From Plasmodiophora brassicae (lineage: Eukaryota), in contig CP145419.1 in NCBI GenBank assembly GCA_036867785.1, positions 930,001 to 994,000 of the forward strand: a DNA stretch of 64,000 nucleotides. The letters are read 5' to 3'. Below the pieces are notes generated by a model that was not told the origin of the DNA, did no database searches, and worked only from the letters and a program-made list of their open reading frames with translations. Of this stretch, positions 1-11,813 are shown piece after piece. Every line of letters begins with the position of its first letter. Position 1 is the stretch's first letter. The translations under genes and the position numbers were made by a program.

Positions 1-1172
1 CGCGAGCGTCGCGTGCGCCGGGCGCTGATCTGGGCGGCCGTCCTCGTCGTGATCGCGACGTTCTCCGTGCCGGTCACCGTGATCACCGACCTGATGTCGC
101 TGCCATCCATCGAGCGGCACGCGCCCTGGCTGGCCGCCCTGATCGCCTCGCAGCCCGTCCTGCAGTCGCTCTTCCTGTCGGTCGTGCCGACGCTCGCCTT
201 CACCATCCTGATCGTCCTGACGCCCGTCGTCCTGCGCGTCGTCTGCCGGCGCATCGAGCGCCTGCCGACGCACTCGGCGGTCGACGTCAGCGTCTTCTCC
301 AAGTTCGTCCTCGTCCTCGTCGTCGACATGTTCCTGTTCAGCGTGGTCGCCGGCGGCGCCCTGCCGGCGGCGCTGGCGCACCCGTCGACGATCGCGACGA
401 CGATCGCCAGGGCGTTCCCGACGCAGTCGTCGTCGTTCACGCTGTACGTCCTCTCGTTCTCCTGCCTGTCCCTGCCCGTCTTCGAGCTGCTCCTGTTCCC
501 GTTCAGCCTGGTGCGATGGGCGGCGTCCCGCAAGGCCCGGCACGGATCGGACGAGCACCTGGGCGCCATCGCCGCCGGCCGCTTCGATTACGGTAAGGCG
601 CGTGCGCGTGCAGGGCGGACACGGGGGGTGGCACTGACGGCGCGTCGCCTGCGTGTGTGCAATCAGGCCTGTACTACCCGTACCAGATCCTGATTGGCCT
701 GATCGGCCTGACGTACGTGACCGTGGCGCCCCTGGTCATCCCCTTCGTCTTCCTGTACTTTGCCATTGCCGGCGTCGTCTTCCGCCACCAGCTCTGCAAC
801 GTCTACGACCTGCAGTACGACGCCGGCGCCGTCTTCTTCCCCATGGCCATGCGTCGCGTCCTGCTGTCGGGCGTCCTCGCCCTGTGCATCACCATGGCGG
901 TCCTGTGCGCCCGGGGCGGCCTGGGCCCCGCCTGCGCCCTGCTTCCCTGCGTCGTGGCCCTGGCGGCGACCGCCCTGCACCTGTCGCGCCAGTGCCGGGC
1001 GGCCATGCGCCTGGACCACGTGCCCGATGCGGACCCGATCGGCGACGACGACGACGGCGGCTGCGGCGCTCGCCCGGTGGCGGCGCTCTATAGGGCACCC
1101 TGGGAGGACGACAACGACGAGGTCAGCGTCGACGACGACGACGACGACCGCGGGGTCATGCAGGCCGCCTGA
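1..1172 (+). CDS. OSCA/TMEM63 (CSC1/RSN1_7TM) family channel, 3' part; 5' end outside the window
   Basis: Multi-TM ORFs 13-693 and 657-1172 join through a GT-AG intron at 593-666, giving FDYG|LYYPYQIL. Motifs include FPTQSSSFTLYV, APLVIPFVFLYF and RHQLCNVY..YDAGAVFFP, typical of RSN1_7TM. Confidence 0.8.
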
Positions 1173-1189
1173 CCGAACTATATATTGTT

Positions 1190-1232
1190 TATGTGTGCAC
1201 GTGTTCGCGTGTGTGTGTGCGTGTGTGCGCGT
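1190..1232. repeat. Imperfect (TG)n microsatellite
   Basis: Runs such as gtgtgtgtgtgcgtgtgtgcgc directly after the OSCA stop codon. Confidence 0.7.
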
Positions 1233-2053
1233 GCTTTGGGCGGCTGGTGTGCGGGCACCGGCGGTCAGGCGGCGTCGTCGTTGCCCATGATCTGTACGGC
1301 GGCGAGCGGCGGCCCCCGACGATCCTGCTGGCGCCACGCCTGCTTGCGGTCGGCGATCGATGCCGGGCACCTGTGGCACGAACGCACGCTCATCGTCAGC
1401 CGCTGCACACGTGTAGGTCCTCATGTGCAGGCGCGAGCGCGGCACATCAACGCAGACCTGTTCGCATAGACGACCGCCTGCAGGTGGGCGACGCCCGCGC
1501 CGCCCCGCATCGACACGCTGACAGGGCACCCGTCCGCCTGCTGCGGGTCGTCGCTGAGGACGGCGCTCAGGTCGATCTGGCCGTGGTACGACGCCCGCCC
1601 GGCACCCGCAATCGCCTGTCGACGCACGACATGAGCACGACGGCGGCGCCCGCTAGCTAGGGCGACCGACCGGGCGCAGGCGGACGGGTAGGGGGCGCGT
1701 GCGACCCACGCCCCGCCTGTCCTGCCACAGGCCACGCTCCAGCGCAACGGCCAGGCGGATCTGGGCCGCTCCACCTGTGCGGCCAACGACCATTACCGTC
1801 GGGCTGAGGGGGCGCTCGCGTCGCCCGAGCACTACTGACCGGCGTCAGCCAGGGCGACTGACGACGAGCACCACCTCCAGGGGCGCTGCCAAACGTCCAC
1901 GACGACGCCGTCGCCGGCGAACGACGCCGGCAGGCCGTGCACGCCGTCAATGACGACCAGGAGCCAGCGGCGACGGACCGGGGGACGGCAGGACCACCAC
2001 CAGGCCGACGACAGCCATTGCAGCAGGTCGCCCAGGTCAGCTGATGACAGCAT
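1200..2053 (-). CDS. Hypothetical protein, probably spliced; boundaries uncertain
   Basis: Coding-like minus-strand segments (MLSSADLGDLLQWLSSAWWW..., ...YHGQIDLSAVL...HLQAVVYANRSA) separated by intron-like stretches. No family recognised. Confidence 0.3.
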
Positions 2054-2238
2054 CCCGTGTGTGGGTGGGTGTGGCGCGCACCGTGTGACCGCTGGCGCGC
2101 GCTCGTATACACCAGCGAGGATGATGATGATGCGCGAGCACCCGGAAGGAGGGGAGGGCGGGCGACGTCGTTGTATGCAGAGCAGTACGTGGTCCTGGTC
2201 AGAGCAGCCCACCACCGGGTGCAGGCACGTCGTCGTCG

Positions 2239-4373
2239 TCACCCGGCGCGCAGCTCCTGGATCGCCTGCACAATGTCGTCGTTGAGCTTGCCCAGCACCC
2301 GCATGTTGTCGTCCCGGCCGTTGGACGGCTCGATGAACTTCATCTCGGTCAGGGCGACGTACTCCTTCTCCAGGGCCAGGCGGATCTGCGACCAGGTCAC
2401 CTTGGGGGCGGCGCCGCCCGCCCCAGCGCCGCCGGCCTCGATCGCCGCCAGCGCCTGCGAGTAGAACGTGACAATGTTGCGCAGCATGCCGGCCGTCTTG
2501 TAGATCGGGCAGAAGCGGTCGTACGACGAGAACCCGTTCTGCTGCAGGAAGTCCTCGCGGATGATCTTGGCGACCTCCAGACACAGGCGCTGGTCCTCAC
2601 TCAGCGAGTCCTTGCCGACGAGCTGGACGACCTCCTGCAGGTCGTTCTCGTCCTGCAGGATTTGCCTACGCAGGAGGGAGGGAGGGTTAGCATCACGCGC
2701 GCGCGCGCGCCCCTGCACCGTCGTCCGCCGCCTACCTGAACACGGCAATGTCCTCGAGGAAGCGCGCGTCGTGCTGCGCGTAGTACCGCTTCAGCGCCAC
2801 CATGTACTTGCTGTACGACATGAGCCAGTTGACGGACGGGAAGTGCTTGCGCTGCGCCAGCTTCTTGTCGAGGCCCCAGAACACCTGCACGATCGACAGC
2901 GTCGCCGACGTCACCGGGTCGGAGAAGTCGCCACCGGGCGGCGACACGGCGCCGACGATCGTGACCGAGCCGGTCCGGGCGGGCGACCCGCGGCAGTCGA
3001 CGCGCCCGGCCCGCTCGTAGAAGGACGCCAGGCGCGCCGACAGGTACGCCGGGTAGCCCGAGTCGGCCGGCATCTCGCCCAGGCGCCCGCTGATCTCGCG
3101 CAGCGCCTCCGCCCAGCGCGACGTGCTGTCGCCCATCATGGCGACGTGCAGGCCCATGTCGCGGAAGTACTCGGCCAGCGTGATGCCCGTGTAGATCGAG
3201 GCCTCGCGGGCCGCCACCGGCATGTTGGACGTGTTCGCCACCAGGCACGTCCGCTGCATGATCGGGTACTCCTTGCCGTCGATCACGGTGGTCAGCTCGG
3301 GGAAATCCTGGGCAGAGCGGCGGGCGGTCACGACCCACGTGAGCGCACGGCACCGGGGGGCGTCCCCCGGGGGCACGCCCGCTCCTTACCTGGAGCACCT
3401 CCGCCATCTCGTTGCCGCGCTCGCCGCACCCGACGTAGATGATGGCCGTACAGTTCGAGTACTTGGACAGGGCCTGCGAGATGACCGTCTTGCCGCAGCC
3501 GAACGCGCCGGGGATGGCGCAGGTGCCGCCCAGGACGGACGGGAACAGCGAGTCCAGGACGCGCTGGCCCGTCACGAGCGGCACCTCGGCGGCCAGCTTC
3601 TCCTTGACGGGTCGGGGCTCCCGGACGGGCCAGAAGTGCGACATGCCGAACGAATGGTCGACGCCGGTGATCGGGTCGGTCAGGACCAGCGTGACGTCGT
3701 CGAGCGTGTACAGGCCTTTGGCGGCGACGAACTTGACGCGCCCCTGCGCCCGCGGCGGCACCATGATCGCCTGCGTGATCAGGTCGTTCTCCTTGACGGT
3801 CCCGTAGACGTCGCCGCCGGCCAGCAGGTCGCCGACCTTGCGCCCGGACGGGTTGAACGCCCACTTCTTCGCGTGGTCCAGCGCGTTGACGCTGACGCCG
3901 CGCGGGATGTAGCAGCTCTTGCTCGCCGAGGCGACCGCCTGCGACAGACGAGCGCAGGTCACTCAGACACACACACACGCACGCACAGCAGGAGAGGGGC
4001 GCCCCACGACTGACCCGGAGCGGCCGCTGGATGCCGTCAAAGATGTTGTCCATGATGCCGGGACCGAGCTCGACGGACAGCGGCTGCCCCGTCTTCTCGA
4101 CCGGGTCGCCGACCGTCAGCCCCGACGTCTCCTCGTAGCACTGAATGGAGGCGGTGTCGCCCTCGAGGCGGATGATCTCGCCGACCAGGCGATCCCGGCC
4201 GACTCGGACCAGCTCGTACATGGCCGACCCGGACATGCGGTCGGCGACGACCACTGCAACAAGACGGGGGCGTCAGCGCAGTGCACAGGCGGCGGCGGCG
4301 CGTTTCCGTACGTACACGGCCCAGCGACCTTGAACACGACGCCGACGTCCGGCGACGGCGGTGCGGGTGCCAT
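2239..4373 (-). CDS. ATP6V1A: V-type H+-ATPase catalytic subunit A
   Basis: Spliced exons carry [18 protein letters not shown]-loop [52 protein letters not shown] and [14 protein letters not shown]. Confidence 0.97.
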
Positions 4374-4831
4374 GGTATGCGCGCGCGCGCACGACCCCCG
4401 CTGGTCGATGGATGCCCTGGGCCCTGACGGACGATGTGCGCGGCGCAGGCGGTCACGCGACGCCGAACAACAACGACGGCGACAGCAACCCCCTTCCCGC
4501 TACGGACTTGCGGCGCAGTGGCGCACTTCACTGGCGGAGACAGAGCGCTCCGGCCCGCGCCCCCCGTCGCCCCCCGTGGCCGCGTGCCGCCGTGCGCAGC
4601 AGTGCTTCGAACGACGTCGACCACATGCGGCCGGCGCACGGGTGCACCATCGCCTGCGCACGGGTGCAGCACGGGACGCCTCGACTGGACCGTAGGGGGG
4701 AACGGCATTGACGTCGTCACCGCCGTTCTTTGTTCCGGGGCGACAGTGACGCCCTGCGTGATTCACCATGCATGCGGGGGCGGTGGGCGGGCCCGGATCG
4801 TAGCGTTCGGTCTCGCGCCTGCAGTCGGGCA

Positions 4832-6199
4832 ATGATGCTGCCAGACGTGGGGATCGTGGGGACGGGCAGCCTGCGCGAGGCCGGCGGTGGCCACCCGAGC
4901 AACCGCACCCGTCCCAGATATCATCGGGCAGAGCAGCGGCGCTCGTCGCTTTGGAATGCGCTGATGCGACCGTCGACAGCCGCCGGCGTGCGCTGGCTGG
5001 TCCCTGTCGTCATCCTGAACATCCTGGGCATCGTCGCCATCTTCTACGGGTCGGCCAAGACGCCGGCGAACGTCCTCGTCGGCACCGGCTACCACCAGGC
5101 CGCCACGTCATCGTTTCCTGGGCGATCGCCGTCGTCGTCGTCGTCGACGTTGGGCGACGCCCCGCTGCTGACGATCGCGATCGACGCCGACCGCGGGTCC
5201 TGCCCCGAAAACTGTGCCTTCATCCACACGCTGCTGCCGGACGGCGCCCGCTGGCGGTACGTCTCGTTCCGGGGCGACGACATCGCTGCGCTGAACATCG
5301 ACACGCACGCGCTGGTCGTCACGCGCTGGATGGCGCCGTCGTCACCGCTGGTCGCCTGGGCGCGCCGGCACCCGCACTCGGTCGGCGCCATGATCATGGC
5401 CGACGAGCAGAACACGGACGACACGTCCACCTACAACGCGTTCGACTACGTCCTGCGCCACTACTACTTTGACCGGCTGGCCGGCGACGCGTCCATCCCG
5501 GTCCTGGCGCTGGGCAACCTGACGTGCGGGCGGACGGCACCGGGCGCCTGGCCCCCCGTCGTGGCCGCCGCCCCCCGGTTCGGCGTGCACTGGGTCTTCC
5601 TGCAGGGGCGCGGCATGGGCAACCTCGAGTCGCACCACGTCGCCGGGTCGCACTGGCCGGCCGACCGGCGCCCCGTCCCCGCCGTCTTCATCGGGTCGCT
5701 GCGCGCCGACCGCCAGGACATGATCGACGTGATCCGCGAGCAGGTGCCCGGCGCCGACCTGCAGGTCGAGGAGTCGTTCGGCGGGTCGCTCTCCGCCTAC
5801 CGGTACGGGCACGAGCGCACGGCGGCCAGCGTGTTCGCCCTGTGCCCGCACGGCAACAACCCGGAGACGCACCGCCTGCCGGAGGCCCTGGACCAGGGCG
5901 CCATCCCCGTCATGCTGCCGGCCGCCTACCAGCGGGCCACGTTCGAACCCGTGCCGGGCATCGTCGCGCCCGACTGGCGCGCGGCGGCCGGCGCCATCGG
6001 CGACCTGCTGCGCGGCGACGCCGACCGCCTCAACCGCCTCCAGCAGCAGTGCATCCGGTGGAAGGAGCGCCTGCGCCAGTGCATGCAGCAGGACTTGGAC
6101 GTCATCATGGGCATGGCGTTCCGCCAGGCGGGCACGCGCCTCGACTGGCAGGCGGTGGCGCAGGCCGGCGGCGCCCGACCGGCGTCGTCTAGCGTATAA
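4832..6199 (+). CDS. Type II membrane glycosyltransferase, exostosin (GT47)/RXYLT1(TMEM5)-like
   Basis: Intronless ORF with one N-terminal TM helix (WLVPVVILNILGIVAIFYG) and the C-terminal motif SVFALCPHGNNPETHRLPEALDQGAIPV. Confidence 0.7.
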   Translation: MMLPDVGIVGTGSLREAGGGHPSNRTRPRYHRAEQRRSSLWNALMRPSTAAGVRWLVPVVILNILGIVAIFYGSAKTPANVLVGTGYHQAATSSFPGRSPSSSSSTLGDAPLLTIAIDADRGSCPENCAFIHTLLPDGARWRYVSFRGDDIAALNIDTHALVVTRWMAPSSPLVAWARRHPHSVGAMIMADEQNTDDTSTYNAFDYVLRHYYFDRLAGDASIPVLALGNLTCGRTAPGAWPPVVAAAPRFGVHWVFLQGRGMGNLESHHVAGSHWPADRRPVPAVFIGSLRADRQDMIDVIREQVPGADLQVEESFGGSLSAYRYGHERTAASVFALCPHGNNPETHRLPEALDQGAIPVMLPAAYQRATFEPVPGIVAPDWRAAAGAIGDLLRGDADRLNRLQQQCIRWKERLRQCMQQDLDVIMGMAFRQAGTRLDWQAVAQAGGARPASSSV

Positions 6200-6436
6200 A
6201 GAGCAGCACCAGCGACACGACACCAGATCCGTGACGACGTCGTGTACTTTGTCGTGAGTGACTCAGTGCGTCATCCCACGTGGGAGCAGGGGGGCGACCC
6301 CCCAGTTGCGTCACGCTGGACGGGCACCCCGCTGGTGCACGATCTGTCGCGGGTCAAGCGCCTCATACCCAACGTGTTACTTCGAATCGCACACGCAGAG
6401 ACGCCCTATAACCTCTATCACATATCGCACGACCCC

Positions 6437-8414
6437 ATGGGCAAGGTGCGCGCCGCCATCAGCAACCACTGGAAGCAGACGACGTACCGGCGCAGCGAGC
6501 GCACGCTGGCCAGCGAACGGTGGCTGTTCGTCGGCCTGCCCCTGGTCCCGTTCAACCGCTGGGCGCTGATCCCGTCCGCCTTCCTCATCCAGATGTGCGT
6601 CGGCAGCCTGTACGCCTGGTCCGGGTTCAACGCGCCCAGTACGTATCGGCGCGTCGTCGTCATCGGTGGCCCCTCGCCCGTCTGACCCGGCGTGTTCGAT
6701 CGCACAGTTGAGCAGTACGTGTACGGCGTGCAGGCGGTGAACGGCCGGCCGCCCGACCTGAACATCGCTCCGGTGACGTTCTACATCGCCGTCGTCTGCT
6801 TCGGCGTGGCGGCGGCGATCCTGGGCCCCTGGACGGAGCGGCACGGGCCGCGGGCCGCCATCCACCTCGGCGCCACCCTGTTCTTCGTCGGCAACCTGAT
6901 CACGGCCGCCGGCATCTCGCTGAGGACCATCGCCCTGGTCTACGTCGGGTACGGCGTCGTCGGCGGCACCGGCCTGGGCATCGCGTACATCAGCCCCGTG
7001 TCCGTCCTGCAGAAGTGGTTCCCGGACCGGCGCGGCATCACGGCCGGCCTCACGGTCGCCGGGTTCGGCGCCGGCACCATCGTCGCCACGTGTAAGTGTC
7101 GTCGTCGTCGTCGTCCCCGACGTCGCTCGCGCCGCCTCTGACAGCACGTCCTCCCATCGGGCAGATACGCAGAAGGCGCTGATGGCGCCGATCGGCCCGG
7201 GCGGCCCGCCCACGCTCGACGTGTACGCCGTGTTCCTCGTGCTGGGCACCGCCTACTTCATGGTGATGCAGGCCAGCGGGCGCGTCCTGCGCATACCACC
7301 GCCGAATTACGCGGTCGATGGCGTCACCGTCAGCACGATCAAGGGCGCCGACGAGCTCGACGTCGACGGCGAGGACGACGACCCCGCCGGCAACGACGCG
7401 TTCCTGGACGACGATGTGCCGCCCGTGTCGCGTATCGCCGTCCCGGACGAGATCCTGTCGACGACGCTGAACAGCATGTCGCTCAGTGCGGATGCGGTCG
7501 CTGCGCCCGACGATGACGACGACGCCGACGTCGCCGAGGCGTCGACGGCGCCCACCGTCGACGCCGTCGACCCGCTGTCGATGTCGCTGACGCAGTGCCT
7601 GCTGTCGCGCCCGTTCCTCCTGCTGTATGTCGCGTTCTTCGGCAACCAGATCTGCGGCCTGCTGCTGATCTCCAAGATCCAAACGAGTACGCCCCCGCGC
7701 GTCGCGCCTGCTCTGCATCGCGATCCCCTGACCGCCCTCGTGACAGTCTCGATGACGCAGTTCGGCATGAGCGTCGACGCGGCGACGTCGGTGAACGCGG
7801 CGGTCGGCGCCGCGAACCTGTGCGGCCGCTTCCTGCTGTCGACGGCGTCGGACCGGATCGGGCGCAAGTCGTCGCTGCTGGTGTCGCTGGCCGTCCAGAC
7901 GCTCTGCATCGCCCTGCTGCTGGTCACGTTCGACGCCGAGTCGTCGTCGCTGTTCCTCGCCTGCGTCGCCGTCATCGCCTTCATGTACGGCGGCGGGTTC
8001 GGCGTCGTGCCCGCGTTCCTGAGCGACCTGTTCGGCGCGCGGCACACGGGGCCGACGCACGGCGTCATCCTGACGGCCTGGTCGCTGGCGGCCGTCGTCG
8101 GCGGCCTCCTGTTCACGTCGCTGTACAACCGGGAGACGGCGGCGCTGGGCGCGCACAACGCCCACGTCTACGACCTGAACGGGTACTGGATCCTGGGCGT
8201 CGTCGTCGTCGCCCTGCTGGTCGGCGCCTGCATCCCGGCCAACATCCGCGACCGGGTCATGCCCCGCGGCGCCGACGAGCTGTTCCGCCTGCGCCTGCCC
8301 AACGGGACGCTGGCCGTCGTCACCAGGGCGTGCGGCCTGGACACCGTCGACAAGGAGACCGAGGACGCCCAATGGAAGGCGTACGTCCGCCAGCGACGCC
8401 AGGCCATGCCCTAA
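6437..8414 (+). CDS. MFS transporter, oxalate:formate antiporter (OFA) family
   Basis: Motifs QMCVGSLYAWSGFN, GLGIAYISPVSVLQKWFPDRRGITAGL, SDRIGRK and YGGGFGVVPAFLSDLFG. Short introns near 6640-6708, 7092-7164 and probably about 7685-7746. Confidence 0.88.
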
Positions 8415-8506
8415 GAACATACGCCCCCCGTACGAACCATCGGGCCACTTTCTCGCGTCCCATTCATATCCGTCTCCCCGTCGTCCAAGCCACACAATAC
8501 AGCACG

Positions 8507-9528
8507 TCACCCGACCCGTTGCTGTGTATCCACCGTATGGGCCACCGACTCGTTCACAGCATCGCCGGTCGCCCCGAGCGCCGGTTCTCGTGCATCGGAC
8601 GCCGACCCCGCCTGGTCGTCGTCGTCAGACGACGTTGGCGGCATGTCGCGAGGTTCCTCGCATTCGGACCCGGCGGCGACATCGCTGCCGTCGTCGTCGT
8701 CGTCGTCGTCCGACGACGACATCAACAGCATGTCGCGGCGCGGCTGTCGCGTTTGCGCCAGCCAGTCGTTCTGGACGCTGATGACGTCGGCGCTGGTCTG
8801 GCACGCCTCGTACAGGTCGAACAGGTCGCTGCGGAACACAGAACGCGTCAGACCTGCAGGGAGTACGGCCGGCGCGACGAGCGCCCTGCGCGTACCCGTT
8901 GACTTGAATGAATGCGGGGCCCCAGTTGAACTTGTCCAGGATCTGCTCCGCGAGCGGGCGCTCCCCGATCAGGATCAGGGTCGCGGCGATGGCCTCGACG
9001 CAGGTCAGCTTCATCGGGCGGCCGTAATTGACCGGGTTGGCCGCGACCATGAACGGCACTACAAGACGTTGCTGGTCAGGCGCCGCCTATATAGGATGCG
9101 CGTTCGGCGGATGGACGTACGGAGGCGGTCGGCCCCGCTCTTCAGCTTGTTGAAAGGGACATTGTCCAATGCGTTCCACGAGCAGTCGATGACGCCAATA
9201 CCGCCGGCGAGCGCCACGTCACGGTCTTCCCGTGACACGGTCCGCTTGCCCTTCGGGCTCAGCACGACACCCGGCCATCGCTGGTTCAATCGCAACTCCT
9301 TCAACAGCCCTGGCAAACGGAACGTTCGTCAGCGCGCAATACACGCCGACCCAGGCAAGGCCGCAGCCGACCGAGTCGCGCCAGCTTCCTGCCCGTGCAC
9401 CGTTTCGAATCGCATTGCCCGAAATCCCACATGGCCAGCGCAATCGGGAACGCGTGCCGCACGTCCTGGCGGGCATCGCGGGCGCCTGTCGGCCCCTGTG
9501 CAGGCCGCCGTCGCTCCCTTCGTGTCAT
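8507..9528 (-). CDS. TSR3: 18S rRNA aminocarboxypropyltransferase Tsr3
   Basis: Exons encode [52 protein letters not shown] and FNWGPAF, followed by an acidic C-terminal tail. Confidence 0.95.
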
Positions 9529-9889
9529 CACGGACTGCGCGACGACGCCACGGACTCCGCACGACGGGTACATAGGACCGGTACCATCCACACTAACGGG
9601 GGACGCCCGATGCCACTCCGACCGCGTTACCTATTCCCGTGCCCGACCCGATCTGCCAGCGTCTTGGCAAGGGCGTCGTTGCCGGCGGGTGCCAGCTCCG
9701 ACTCGGGCGATTCGCCCGCCCGTAAACCTCTGCGTACACGGCGCATCGGGCCCGAGCGAGATGCAACAGCTCCAGGTGGCTGCCCGATGTATGGCGACAG
9801 TACCTCGGTGGTTATCACGCGATGATGACGTCGCTCGCGCGCGTCATATTGGGACGGATGTGGGGAATCGCGGCGATCGTTGCCCTGCG

Positions 9890-10360
9890 CTAGGCGTCCG
9901 TGTCGGCTCGTCCGCCGGCCCGCATAGCCGCCAGGTGCATCTGGACGCGCTTAACGTCGGCGGCAATGGCGTCGTCGAGCGGGAATCGGCGCAGTCGATC
10001 CGCCAGCGCCCAACCGAGAATCGGGTTGTCACCGTGGTGGACCAGGGCCGGGTCGGCTCGCAGGATGGCCAGCAGCAGATCGCCGCAGAGGAACCCGGAA
10101 TCGCCGCCCTGCTCGCAGGACAGGATCTGGCACAGTATCATCAGCGTCGACCGCATCACGTACTGCGAGACGCGGCCGTGCGCGATCAGGTCGCCGAGCT
10201 TCCGGCAGCAGGCGCCGGCCACGGCCGCCCTCGTCGAGTTCTCCTTCAGCACGTTCAGCAGGACCACGTCGGCATCGGACACCTCCAGCTCGTTGATCAG
10301 TGCGACGGCCTCGCCCGTTGTCACATGGTCCCTGGTCAGCAGGCGGCACACGGCGGCCAT
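9890..10360 (-). CDS. Hypothetical helical protein; may extend by splicing to about 9627
   Basis: Coding-like ORF beginning MAAVCRLLTRDH between TSR3 and the ZIP gene. No motif recognised. Confidence 0.45.
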   Translation of the reverse strand: MAAVCRLLTRDHVTTGEAVALINELEVSDADVVLLNVLKENSTRAAVAGACCRKLGDLIAHGRVSQYVMRSTLMILCQILSCEQGGDSGFLCGDLLLAILRADPALVHHGDNPILGWALADRLRRFPLDDAIAADVKRVQMHLAAMRAGGRADTDA

Positions 10361-10607
10361 CGAACGCCACGACCCTTCCCTGACGCAACACGTCACCTGC
10401 CGCCGCCGCGCTGCTGGTGCCAATACTGGCAACGGCCACACCGAACGCGGAGTCCGAGACGGACGATAACACAAATAGCGCCGTCACGGACACAGAAATA
10501 GCGCGCCCGGCACTGTCGGGTCGGGGGCGCCGCGAACGCCGCCGCGAATCCGCCGGCACTCGTCTCGGCCCACTGGTCGCGGCTATACGTATAGGTGGGT
10601 GATCGCT

Positions 10608-11610
10608 TCACGATTTAACGAATGCCAGCAGCAGCATGCAGTGCGACATGACGAACAGGCCGGCGAAGGCGGCCGGCGCCACGGCCCGCCCATCGTACTG
10701 GAACGCGGTCGGCAGCATGACCGTGAACGCCAGATACGTCATCATGCCGGCGACGATACCGTAGCTGGCGCCGTAGACGCGCGGGTCCAGGTCCCCTTCG
10801 ACGCCCTTCATGATTGCGTACCCGAACAGCGACCCGACCGGGCTGACCAGCCCGCTCAGCGTCCCGGCCAGGAAGCCTTTCAATCGCGACCGCGTCTGGT
10901 AGTACACGGGCAGGGCCACCGCCATGCCTTCCTGTTTCAGGGCACTCACGTCTTCACAACACACTGCGTTGACAGGATCGCGCCACCCTTACGGGGATGT
11001 TGTGCAGGCCAATGGCGAAGGCGAGCGGCAGGCCTGCCGCGATACCCGTTGTCAGGCCCATGAAGGTCGTCAAACCTTCCGGTAGGTTGTGCAACGAAAT
11101 GGCAACGCCGGTGATGATGGCAGCACGAAGCATGGCGGTCGATGGCTTCACGTCGCCGTCGTACGTCGTCAGGTTGTTGTCGAACGCGGCGGTCTCCGTA
11201 TCCCTGTCGTGCTCGACGATGATGTTCTGCAACTCGACGTCCTCGCTGACGGGAACAGGGTCCTGAAGGCGGTTGCCATACCGGGTCAGGACGCCGACCG
11301 TGATACGATCCAGCAGGTAGGTCAGGATCGCCCCGCCAAAGAAGGTTTCGACGGCTTCCAGATGGGCCAGCTGCGCGTCGGCACGCGCCGCCGCATACGC
11401 CGCCGCCGACTGCTGGATCAGCGACGCCAGGCTGACGTACAGCATGACGCCGGCGGCGAACGCCATCGACGCCGACAGGAACCGTCGGCTGAGGATCCGC
11501 GGTATGAGGACCACGCTGGCACCGACGGTCGTGATCAGGCCGGCCGCGGCGCTGATCGCCAACGCCTTGTCCAGGACCTCGCCGGACGGGCGATCCGCCA
11601 TCGACGCCAT
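10608..11610 (-). CDS. ZIP family (ZupT-like) divalent metal transporter
   Basis: AFAAGVMLYVSL, AISLHNLPEG, AIGLHNIP|EGMAVALPVY (intron about 10934-10991) and AGMMTYLAF. Confidence 0.92.
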
Positions 11611-11813
11611 CGGTCAAAATGGTCCTCGACGCATCGGCGCCCAATTTTGTCAGGCGCCGCTCCAGTCACGACTCGCGCGGTTGCCGCGACGGGCACCGAT
11701 CCGACCTGCACCGGACGCGCGCTGTACGTCGTGCGCCACTGCGCCGCCACGGACGCCGTACCGTGAACTACCACCGTTGCAGTCGCGGACAGCGCACGTG
11801 CGGCTTGTCTGGT

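Noticed and set aside
3400-3450. VMA1-type intein in V-ATPase A
   Set aside because: The canonical insertion site [13 protein letters not shown] is contiguous. The interruptions in this gene are ordinary short spliceosomal introns.
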